From Nanobdellota archaeon (lineage in GTDB: Archaea; Nanobdellota; Nanobdellia; Pacearchaeales; GW2011-AR1), in contig JAUSIT010000038.1 of assembly GCA_030647965.1 (NCBI GenBank), positions 1 to 58,576 of the forward strand: DNA of 58,576 bases, in the 5' to 3' direction. How positions within the stretch are numbered: the first letter of the stretch is position 1; each line of letters starts with the position of its first letter. Position numbers and translations under genes: made by a program. Shown in pieces: positions 8,833-16,492 of this stretch. Below the pieces are notes generated by a model. The model ran no database searches. It was not told the DNA's origin and worked only from the letters and a program-made list of their open reading frames with translations.

Positions 8833-9609
8833 ATGAAGTTTAGGCCTTGTATTGATTTGCATGAAGGAAAAGTTAAACAAATAGTGGGAAAAACACTAAA
8901 TAATAATGCAGAAAATTTAGTTGAAAATTTTATTTCTGATTATGATGCAGATTATTTTGCTGAAATATATAAAAAAGATAAATTAAATGATGGCCATGTT
9001 ATTATGCTTGGCTCAAGTAATGAAAAGCAGGCTTTGAAAGCACTACATTCTTATCCAAAAGGATTTCAAATTGGAGGAGGTATTAATCCGCAGAATGCAT
9101 TATATTTTATTAAAGAAGGAGCAAGCCATGTTATTGCAAGCTCTTATATTTTTGAAAATAATCAACTTTGCTTAAGAAAACTAGAAGAAATAGTTAATAG
9201 TGTTGGAAAATCTAATTTAGTTTTAGATTTAAGTTGTAAATTGAAAGATGAAAAGTATTTTGTGATGATAAATTCTTGGCAAAAACTCACTAATTTTGAA
9301 ATATCTTTAGAAAATCTTTCTTTATTATCTAAATATTGTGATGAATTTTTAATTCATGCAGTAGATGTTGAAGGACAATCCAAGGGCATTGAAATAAATC
9401 TGGTGAAAAAACTATCTGAATGGGTTAATCTACCTAATGTAAAAACTCCGGTAACTTATGCAGGAAGTATAAATTCTCTAGAAGATATTAAATTATTATA
9501 TAAATTAAGCAATGGGAAGCTAGATTTTAGTGTTGGAAGTAGTTTGGATATTTTTGGTGGAGATCTTCCTTATAAAAAATTAATTAATTTAAGAGATTTA
9601 ACTGTTTAA
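8833..9609 (+). CDS. hisA: ProFAR isomerase of the eukaryote/His6 type (HisA family)
   Basis: FRPCIDLHEGKVKQIVG, GGGIN, LVLDLSCK, NSWQKLT, EFLIHAVDVEG and VGSSLDIFGG are collinear with the yeast HIS6 sequence as I recall it. Confidence 0.75.
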   Translation: MKFRPCIDLHEGKVKQIVGKTLNNNAENLVENFISDYDADYFAEIYKKDKLNDGHVIMLGSSNEKQALKALHSYPKGFQIGGGINPQNALYFIKEGASHVIASSYIFENNQLCLRKLEEIVNSVGKSNLVLDLSCKLKDEKYFVMINSWQKLTNFEISLENLSLLSKYCDEFLIHAVDVEGQSKGIEINLVKKLSEWVNLPNVKTPVTYAGSINSLEDIKLLYKLSNGKLDFSVGSSLDIFGGDLPYKKLINLRDLTV

Positions 9610-9657
9610 ACAGCTGTTTAAAATAATTATAATAATTCTTATATAAAAAGTCAAGTA

Positions 9658-9846
9658 TTATTGCTTATCGAGAATAGCCTGTTTTTCTTGTTTAGTTTTC
9701 TCTTTAGCTTCAATTTCCTTTTCATAATATCTTACAAGATCTTCATTATTTTCTTCTTCTGCCTGTTTTTTCTTTTCTTCATGCAATTCGACTTGCTTTT
9801 GCAGTGAACTTATACCTTTTTTCAATCTCTTTTTTCTGTCCGTCAT
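9658..9846 (-). CDS. Small charged coiled-coil protein
   Basis: 62-aa K/E-rich ORF ending 3 nt after the upstream NTase gene; likely co-transcribed. Confidence 0.4.
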   Translation of the reverse strand: MTDRKKRLKKGISSLQKQVELHEEKKKQAEEENNEDLVRYYEKEIEAKEKTKQEKQAILDKQ

Positions 9847-9848
9847 TT

Positions 9849-10625
9849 TTATTCTTTAGATAACTTATCTATTTCTTTTTTTAAAAAATTTATGAGTTTC
9901 TCTCCAGTTTCTATAGGAATTTCATTTTTAATATTTTTATTATCTCTTACATACCTATAAACTTCATAAACTTTTTCATAATCTATTTCTATATTCTTTT
10001 TAATCCATGTTCTAAAAGAAGAATTTGAATATAATTTATTTTTTAAGAGACAGTTGATTATAAAAACTCCTCTTAATCTTAATATTGCAGAATAAAGAAC
10101 ACTAGTTGAAACTGTTTTTCCTGTTTTTCTGTCTAATTCCAGTAGATCTTCGCTGGATTTTACAGATATTTTTTTTGTAGATTCTATAAAAGAAGAAAAA
10201 TCTTTTAGAGCTATCTTTTTATTTTTATATTTGTCTAAATAATCTTCATTTATTATAGCTTTAGCTTCTTTAAATATAGAATACATTAGAATTGGGTTGG
10301 TTTTTATTGCAGATTCTATAGAATGCTCTGGAATAACTAAAAATTCAAAATTTCTCTTTTTTTCTATCTTAAATTTTTCTTTGGAGATAATTAAAACATC
10401 GATATCAGAGGTTTCAGAAGCTTCTGCTCTTGCATGTGAACCATAAATAAAAACTGCAATTATCTTATTAAGATGGGGGTAAAGAATTTCCATTATCTCT
10501 TCCTTTATGCTTTTCTTTTCTATTCTTATAATTAAGACTTTTTCATTCATCCATTCTTTTGGTGCAAAAATATGCGCCCCATTTCCTATTTCAGTAACCT
10601 TTCTTATTATCTGTTCTTGTTCCAT
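9849..10625 (-). CDS. Nucleotidyltransferase-domain protein
   Basis: Minimal NTase motif IYGSHARAEASETSDIDVLII (G-S...D-x-D). The N-terminus GNGAHIFAPKEW looks like an AbrB/SpoVT swapped hairpin. Confidence 0.65.
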   Translation of the reverse strand: MEQEQIIRKVTEIGNGAHIFAPKEWMNEKVLIIRIEKKSIKEEIMEILYPHLNKIIAVFIYGSHARAEASETSDIDVLIISKEKFKIEKKRNFEFLVIPEHSIESAIKTNPILMYSIFKEAKAIINEDYLDKYKNKKIALKDFSSFIESTKKISVKSSEDLLELDRKTGKTVSTSVLYSAILRLRGVFIINCLLKNKLYSNSSFRTWIKKNIEIDYEKVYEVYRYVRDNKNIKNEIPIETGEKLINFLKKEIDKLSKE

Positions 10626-10844
10626 GTATATACTAGGTATATACCACTATTTAAAGGTTTTTATTAAGATTTAAAGTGGCTTTATGCTCTTGAGAAAAAG
10701 AAATTTAATGGATAAAAAAAGAAAATACTAAATATTTTGACGAGATTTAGCTGTTTAAACAGCTGTTTAAGTGTTAAACATGGGCTGTTTAATAGGATAA
10801 TATATAACACTAATTCTTAAAAAGAGTTTTACCAATTAAATAAA

Positions 10845-11705
10845 ATGTATTTTCCATGGAATGATTATGAAGAAATAGCAAGTAATAGGAAAAATACTCT
10901 TCAAGTTTTTATAACAACAAGATGTAATTTGAAGTGTAATGGGTGTTTTGCAAAAAATGTAATGGGTGAAAAAGCAAAAGATATTTCTCTTAAAGAATAT
11001 TCTTTAGTAATTGATGATTTTCTTGAAAAAGATGGAAAACAAATAAATATTCTTGGTGGAGAGCCTTTACTTCATCCAAAAATAAGGGAAATTGTTCAAA
11101 TTAACCGAGATAAAAACATTAAAACAACTATTTATACAAATGGCTCTTATTTAAACAGGTTTAATGAAAAAGATTTTGAAAATGCAAAACTTCGGCTTTC
11201 CTTATATTGTAAATCAGGAAAAAATAAGAGTTTAGATTCAATGATTAAAACAGATTTTCCAATAGATGTCTGCTTTATGGTTTCAAGCAAAACTACAAAA
11301 AAAGAGCTTGTTGAAACAGCAGATGAACTTGAAAAAAATTACAATACTAATGTATTTTTTATTTCAAGTATAAGAGAATTAGACAATCCAAGAAAAGAAT
11401 TTTTTGATGATACTGAATTAAGTATGAATGTTTTAGCATATAAAGAGCTTGTTCATGAATTTTTGCAAGAATATAAAGGAAATATGGAAATACATATATC
11501 AAAAAGAGGAGTTTTTGAAAGCACAAAAACTATTGCAGGAAATAAATGTAAGTTTGCAAATTATTTTATTGGTGGCAAGATAATCCAATGCCCTTATGAT
11601 ACTATAAATCTGAAATTCCAGAAAGATTATTTGTTTGATACAAGAAACTGCCAGCAAAACAACAGCTGTTTAATGAGTAAGATTGTTGTTAAGAGAAAAA
11701 GTTAG
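10845..11705 (+). CDS. Radical SAM protein with a C-terminal Cys cluster
   Basis: CNLKCNGC (CxxxCxxC) near the N-terminus. C-terminal CKFANY...CPYD...CQQNNSC suggests an auxiliary-cluster domain. Confidence 0.7.
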   Translation: MYFPWNDYEEIASNRKNTLQVFITTRCNLKCNGCFAKNVMGEKAKDISLKEYSLVIDDFLEKDGKQINILGGEPLLHPKIREIVQINRDKNIKTTIYTNGSYLNRFNEKDFENAKLRLSLYCKSGKNKSLDSMIKTDFPIDVCFMVSSKTTKKELVETADELEKNYNTNVFFISSIRELDNPRKEFFDDTELSMNVLAYKELVHEFLQEYKGNMEIHISKRGVFESTKTIAGNKCKFANYFIGGKIIQCPYDTINLKFQKDYLFDTRNCQQNNSCLMSKIVVKRKS

Positions 11706-11712
11706 TGATTGT

Positions 11713-12021
11713 TTAAACAATAAACCGCTCGGGATTCTCTTCTCTAACTTTTTTTAAACATTTAATAAAAGTAGTCATTGTTCCATTACATTCTTCTTTT
11801 AAATATTCTTCAAATTCTTCTTTATTATTTGGAGCAAAATGATGGCAATCTAAACATAAAGTAATTAAATTTTCAAGTTCATCTTTTCCTTGAAAAGTTA
11901 AAGGAATAATGTGGTGGGCTTCTAAAAATTTTTCAGATTTATCTTGAATTTTACATTTTTGACAGGTAAAATCATCTCTTTCAAATGCTTTTTTTCTTAA
12001 GACACTATTTCTTTTCTTCAT
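11713..12021 (-). CDS. HNH endonuclease
   Basis: CQKC...AHHIIP...NLITLCLDCHH is an HNH motif with zinc-binding cysteine pairs. Overlaps the 3' end of the recombinase gene by 17 nt. Confidence 0.75.
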   Translation of the reverse strand: MKKRNSVLRKKAFERDDFTCQKCKIQDKSEKFLEAHHIIPLTFQGKDELENLITLCLDCHHFAPNNKEEFEEYLKEECNGTMTTFIKCLKKVREENPERFIV

Positions 12022-12853
12022 TTTTCATTAAATTATCTAAGGGGGATGAAACTTTTTTCATTTCTTCTGATGAAATATGGGTATAAATTTGAGTTGTTGA
12101 AAGGTCTGCATGGCCTAATAATTCCTGAATCATTCTTATATCTGTTCCTGATTCTAATAAGTGAGTTGCAAAGGAATGTCTTAGTGTATGAGGATGAACA
12201 GATTTTTTTATTCCTGCTTTTTGCGCTACGTTTTGAATAATCTTTTGCATGTTTCTTGAAGATAATTTTCCATTTGGGCCTGTGAAAAGATATTCTTGAT
12301 TGTTTTGTTTTTGTAATTCTGCTTGTTCTTTTAAATTATCTGCCAAGAAATTAGGAATATTAAAATTCCTATCTTTTTTTCCTTTAGCCTGCCTTACATG
12401 ACCTATTTTTTCATCAAAATCCATATCCCTCATTTTTAAATTAATTAATTCTGAAACTCTAAAACCACATGCATAAATTAAAGAGAGCATTAACTTGCTT
12501 TTTTTATTTACGGCCGACTCAAGCAGTTTTCTGACTTCGTCTTTAGATAAAACAACAGGTATTTTTTTCTCTCGTTTTGGTCTTTTTATTCCTGCAGTTA
12601 TATCTTTGTTTAAGAGGTTAGAATAGGCATATTTTACAGCAGCAAGAAACAAGATAGAAGACATAGAAGATTTTTCTGCTAATTTTTCTGCCATGAAAAG
12701 CTTAATATCGTCTTGAGTTATCTCTTCAGGATTTTTCTTGGAAAAATCAATAAGTTTAGAGTTAGAAGAAAGATAGTTTCTAATAGTATGGGGGGAGTTT
12801 TTAGAGATTTTTAGTTCTGTTTCGATTTTTTTTAAGAAAACCTCTTTTTCCAT
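12005..12853 (-). CDS. Tyrosine recombinase, XerA/XerC/XerD-like
   Basis: GFRVSEL...HPHTLRHSFATHLLESGTDIRMIQELLGHADLSTTQIYTH carries the R-H-R-Y catalytic signature. 282 aa, Xer-sized. Confidence 0.85.
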   Translation of the reverse strand: MEKEVFLKKIETELKISKNSPHTIRNYLSSNSKLIDFSKKNPEEITQDDIKLFMAEKLAEKSSMSSILFLAAVKYAYSNLLNKDITAGIKRPKREKKIPVVLSKDEVRKLLESAVNKKSKLMLSLIYACGFRVSELINLKMRDMDFDEKIGHVRQAKGKKDRNFNIPNFLADNLKEQAELQKQNNQEYLFTGPNGKLSSRNMQKIIQNVAQKAGIKKSVHPHTLRHSFATHLLESGTDIRMIQELLGHADLSTTQIYTHISSEEMKKVSSPLDNLMKNEEKK

Positions 12854-12907
12854 GATTTTGATTGTGCGAACTTGTTTAAAAATCTAATGTAATAATTGTA
12901 AAACCAG

Positions 12908-13399
12908 TTAATAGCTTCCTTTAATATCTGTCCTTAATTTCTTTTCTTGTGGGTTAAATCCTTTTTCTCTAAGAAGATTAAACATCTCTTCTTTAAATTG
13001 AAGATTATGAAGCATTTGATGATGATTTGGACATAAGCCTATCAAATTATCTTGAGAATTATTTTTTCTATTTTGATCAAGATGATGTAAATCGACTACT
13101 TTATCAAATCCACAAATAACACATTTTTCTGTGATTTTTTTATAGATTTCATAATCTAAACCATAAAGTTGCATTTGATTTCTAGCTTTTTGATAGTCTA
13201 AAAAATAAGTAGTATTATAACATCCCCCACATAACCCTTTACTTTTTAAAAACATTAATCTTTGACATCTTTTACAAACTTTCTTTTTTCTAGGCCATTT
13301 AAATTTTCTATAACAATTATGACAAATTTCTCCAGTAAATCGATTGTTTTCTTTTCCGCATTTTGGACAAACTTTCCCCTGTAATAATTTTATGGACAT
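12908..13399 (-). CDS. Zinc-finger / HNH nuclease-like protein
   Basis: Several CxxC pairs, then CVICG...DLHHLDQNRKNNSQDNLIGLCPNHHQMLH (HNH pattern). Confidence 0.6.
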   Translation of the reverse strand: MSIKLLQGKVCPKCGKENNRFTGEICHNCYRKFKWPRKKKVCKRCQRLMFLKSKGLCGGCYNTTYFLDYQKARNQMQLYGLDYEIYKKITEKCVICGFDKVVDLHHLDQNRKNNSQDNLIGLCPNHHQMLHNLQFKEEMFNLLREKGFNPQEKKLRTDIKGSY

Positions 13400-13503
13400 A
13401 ACATAATCAGGTACCTGAAGTATATAAATCTTTTGATGACAAAAATGTAACTTTTAAGTAGGTACCCGATAAATTTAAATAGTTAAAAGTTTTTAATCTA
13501 ATT

Positions 13504-13671
13504 ATGAAACTACAAAAACAAAAATCAGATTATAAAAGAGGCTACTCCAAATATGTAGTCGTAATTCCAGAAGATTTGATTAAGAAGGCTGAATTAAAAG
13601 AATCTGATGAATTAGTTGGAGAAGTTGAAAAACATAGAATAATACTTAAGAAAGTTGAAAAAATGGTCTAA
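13504..13671 (+). CDS. AbrB/SpoVT-like small DNA-binding protein (55 aa; not in the supplied ORF track)
   Basis: My translation is MKLQKQKSDYKRGYSKYVVVIPEDLIKKAELKESDELVGEVEKHRIILKKVEKMV. The YVVVIPEDLIKKAELKESD...V pattern resembles the AbrB/MazE looped-hinge-helix fold. Confidence 0.45.
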   Translation: MKLQKQKSDYKRGYSKYVVVIPEDLIKKAELKESDELVGEVEKHRIILKKVEKMV

Positions 13672-13762
13672 ATTGACTAAAACCCTGATTTCTAAACGTT
13701 CTGATAATATAGGTTATCAGAACCTTTTGGGTTATTGAGGGATTTTTGAGAGAAAAATAATA

Positions 13763-14080
13763 TTAATGTCTCCAAAATTGACTATCCCTACCTTTGTCAC
13801 ATTCGTCTTCTGTTTCTGTGCTCTTAGGTAAGCTTTGTGAAAGAACTTCTAAATCCTTAAGATGTTTTTCTAGAGGAATAGGAGTATAATCTAATGTTAA
13901 AAAATATGCTTTAAAATAAACAGTAGGAGGATTTCCTGTGATAATTATGCTCTCTTTTCCGTCAGGTTGATTATTTAAAGGAGTATATTTATTACCTCTT
14001 GAATCTACAAAAGTTCTTCCTTTAATTCCGCCATTTAAAAGATAATATGCTAAATCTTTAGTTAAAGAAGTTTCTGACAT
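13763..14080 (-). CDS. QSxPKST-family small protein, paralog 1 (tail type RDSxF-W/Y-RH)
   Basis: Shares SQSLPKST and the C-terminal tail TEDE..GRDSQFWRH with paralog 3. The N-terminal part is unrelated to the other paralogs. Confidence 0.55.
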   Translation of the reverse strand: MSETSLTKDLAYYLLNGGIKGRTFVDSRGNKYTPLNNQPDGKESIIITGNPPTVYFKAYFLTLDYTPIPLEKHLKDLEVLSQSLPKSTETEDECDKGRDSQFWRH

Positions 14081-14123
14081 ATTTTAAATTAATAAATAGT
14101 ATTTTTAAAGATTATTGTGATTT

Positions 14124-14468
14124 TTAGGCAAAAGGTTTATTTGGATTGCTTGGACCATAAGGATCATTAAAAACAGTTAGTGGTTCAATTGTGCTCTTAG
14201 GTAAGCTTTGTGCAGAAACCTCTAACCCTGATTGTGTTTTTTCAATTTCTTGAATCTCTAAATCAGTAAGACGCTCATAACCAGCTAATTTATCATATCC
14301 TAAGATAATTGTTTCTCTATTATATTTATTATCTTTATTATCTTCTAAAACAAGTACATTAAAACCATGATCATGAATCTCTAAAACTTTTATAATCTTG
14401 AAAGAATGTTTCTTTTGATAATAATTTCCTTTAACTGCATTCGATATATCTTCATATATATTTGTCAT
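14124..14468 (-). CDS. QSxPKST-family small protein, paralog 2 (tail type DPYG)
   Basis: AQSLPKST, then ..FNDPYGPSNP, similar to the paralog 4 tail. Confidence 0.55.
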   Translation of the reverse strand: MTNIYEDISNAVKGNYYQKKHSFKIIKVLEIHDHGFNVLVLEDNKDNKYNRETIILGYDKLAGYERLTDLEIQEIEKTQSGLEVSAQSLPKSTIEPLTVFNDPYGPSNPNKPFA

Positions 14469-14519
14469 GTTATTTTTTAATTAACTTGATTTTTAAATAT
14501 TATTGTGATTTAACATTAA

Positions 14520-14747
14520 TTAATGTCTATAAAATATACTATCTCTTCCTTCTCCACCATACACTTCATCTTCTGTATCTGTGCTCTTAGGTGAGCTTTG
14601 TGCAAGAGGTATATCTTCATAGTGATCTTTGATTAAAACTTCTTGAGGGGTTTTTTCTCCTGAATATCTTATTAACATTTTAATTTCTTCAGGATTGTCA
14701 TTTTTAAAATCAGAAAAACAATGTGCCACCCACACTTTGATTGGCAC
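14520..14747 (-). CDS. QSxPKST-family small protein, paralog 3; probably the 3' part of a gene interrupted by a repeat insertion
   Basis: AQSSPKSTDTEDEVYGGEGRDSIFYRH. The first 11 codons (MPIKVWVAHCF) are encoded by repeat sequence 14714-14747. Confidence 0.45.
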   Translation of the reverse strand: MPIKVWVAHCFSDFKNDNPEEIKMLIRYSGEKTPQEVLIKDHYEDIPLAQSSPKSTDTEDEVYGGEGRDSIFYRH

Positions 14748-14825
14748 TTGTTTTTGGGATGCTCCGAAATTAAAACCAGTAAATTACAACCCAATTCTAA
14801 AGAATTAAGTTTTAATTTCAGACAT
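14714..14825 (-). repeat. HP-A composite repeat: foot hairpin plus second hairpin with a T-run
   Basis: Minus strand reads ATGTCTGAAATTAAAAC...GGTTTTAATTTCGGAGCATCCCAAAAACAAGTGCC...GGCACATTGTTTTT. Homologous to 48989-49114 and 53292-53456. Confidence 0.7.
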
Positions 14826-14934
14826 AACCAATAACCTGATATTGAGCACCATCAAAAATACTATCTATAAACTTTTGATGAATAATAGAATTAATTCCTT
14901 GGTTTTTTATAATATCTTGTAAATTGTCTGTCAT
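14818..14934 (-). pseudogene. 38-codon ORF, probably the 5' part of interrupted paralog 3
   Basis: My translation is MTDNLQDIIKNQGINSIIHQKFIDSIFDGAQYQVIGYV, stopping inside the repeat foot. Conceptual removal of 14714-14825 joins it in frame to 14520-14713. Confidence 0.4.
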
Positions 14935-14942
14935 TTTGATTT

Positions 14943-15458
14943 TTAGTATTTTTTCTCTATTCTTGGGCCATAATCCCTATCTTTTGAATGAGAAGGAACT
15001 TTAGGTCCTATAAATGTTTGATTAGATTCTTCAGATATTTCTAAGTTTAAAGTGGGATTAGAATTTTCAAGGGCTTTTAATAATGATTCAGGATTATATT
15101 CATTAGGGATTCCTAAGTTTAATGTTGACCCATGATTAATAGCATAAGGATCGTCTGCAACAGTAAATGATTTATATGATTTTTCTGTGCTCTTAGGTGA
15201 GCTTTGTTCAGGCCCCAATACTAATTCTGTTAAACCTTGTTCCATCCAGTTAGCTAATTTATGAAGTTCAGAGATCTTTTCTTCTGGATTTTTAATTGAA
15301 ATAAACCTCTTATCATAAAATCCATTCTTGACTATTGGATAAGTTGTTCCATTAGGTTTATGAAGTATAAAATTATTATCTTGTGTTTCCCCTTTATAAA
15401 TTACTATTTCCTCCTGTGGAGTATCAAATTTATAAAAACCTGGTTTGTCTATGGCCAT
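14943..15458 (-). CDS. QSxPKST-family small protein, paralog 4 (long tail, DPYA)
   Basis: EQSSPKST, then ..ADDPYAINHG. The promoter-like ATCACAATAATCTTTAAA box upstream is shared with paralogs 1-3. Confidence 0.55.
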   Translation of the reverse strand: MAIDKPGFYKFDTPQEEIVIYKGETQDNNFILHKPNGTTYPIVKNGFYDKRFISIKNPEEKISELHKLANWMEQGLTELVLGPEQSSPKSTEKSYKSFTVADDPYAINHGSTLNLGIPNEYNPESLLKALENSNPTLNLEISEESNQTFIGPKVPSHSKDRDYGPRIEKKY

Positions 15459-15684
15459 AAATAATTTATTAATTTTGATTATTTAAAGATTATTGTGATT
15501 TAGGAGTGATTTAGGGAAATTTTTGAGTAATTTTTGCCTAGCGGCCTACTTTTTTTAGCAGTGTCTGGGGTTTTGTTCACTTTGGTTAGCAAAGTGCAAT
15601 GATAATAAAAATAAATATGAATAAAATATGAAAAGAAAAATAAAGAAAAGAAAAAAAGAAGTAGAAAAATAATTGCAATTATTT

Positions 15685-15882
15685 TTATCTATTAAATAAA
15701 GCCATTATTAAGCTTACAATTGCGCCTATAACTACAATCCAACCTGCAATTTGAGTTACAATTGTAGGAAGTATTGGGATAGTTAGTGTATTGTATATCA
15801 TTCCAAAGCCAACTGCAAGTGAAACTAAAATACCTGTTAGCCATACAACAATATTCAAAACTCCTGAATCTGCTTTTGCCAT
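15685..15882 (-). CDS. Small integral membrane protein (two TM helices)
   Basis: 65 aa, almost entirely hydrophobic. Strong GGAGGT Shine-Dalgarno-like sequence 7 nt upstream of the ATG. Confidence 0.55.
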   Translation of the reverse strand: MAKADSGVLNIVVWLTGILVSLAVGFGMIYNTLTIPILPTIVTQIAGWIVVIGAIVSLIMALFNR

Positions 15883-15917
15883 ATTTTACCTCCTTTTTTA
15901 ATTTATTTTTTATTAAT

Positions 15918-16208
15918 TTATTCTTTTTTAGTTCCTGGTGCAAAACTTAAAAGAGCAAGTGAAATAAAAAAAGAAAGCCCAAACACAGTAATATATGTTT
16001 TCAAAAGGCTTGGACTATAGCCCAAATATACTCTTTCAACATTTAGATCTAAAATTGAATCAGGATTTAGCGTACAAAAAGTCCATGCATAGTCTGGATT
16101 TGGAACAGAAGGTGCTGTTTGACATGGGATAAAACTTGAAAATAAAGATATTGAAAACACAGCTAGTGCAAAAAATAATGAAGCAATCACTCTATTTTTT
16201 AATTTCAT
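15918..16208 (-). CDS. Membrane/secreted protein with N- and C-terminal hydrophobic segments
   Basis: N-terminal signal-like VIASLFFALAVFSISLF and C-terminal FGLSFFISLALLSF. Confidence 0.45.
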   Translation of the reverse strand: MKLKNRVIASLFFALAVFSISLFSSFIPCQTAPSVPNPDYAWTFCTLNPDSILDLNVERVYLGYSPSLLKTYITVFGLSFFISLALLSFAPGTKKE

Positions 16209-16280
16209 ATTAACTCTTTTTAATAGACTTATTAAGATAGTGTAGTTTATAAATTTTTTGAGTTTTTCTCTGTTAAATCA

Positions 16281-16408
16281 AAAAAACAAAAGGGCACTAC
16301 CTCTTGAAAGGTATGGTTTGTAAAGCCCCTTTGTTTTTAGGATGATCAGAAATTAACGCAGTAAAGTTATATCTACATGATAAATAATGCAGTTTAATTT
16401 CTGACATC
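16281..16408 (-). repeat. HP-A composite repeat
   Basis: Reverse complement reads GATGTCAGAAATTAAACTGCAT...GCGTTAATTTCTGATCATCCTAAAAACAAAGGGGC...GCCCTTTTGTTTTTT. The foot hairpin is near-identical to 48989-49070. Confidence 0.65.
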
Positions 16409-16492
16409 AACTAAAAAATATAAAAAAAATCAAATAGATTATTCTTCGACATCAAGAACATTTAGCTTATTTTTTCTAATTTTCCTCACAAA

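Noticed and set aside
14714-14825. HP-A hairpins as bulge-helix-bulge (archaeal splicing endonuclease) introns
   Set aside because: The conserved foot folds as a continuous helix with one bulged G. It does not form two 3-nt bulges separated by a 4-bp helix, so the canonical BHB geometry is absent. RNA-level removal by another route cannot be excluded.
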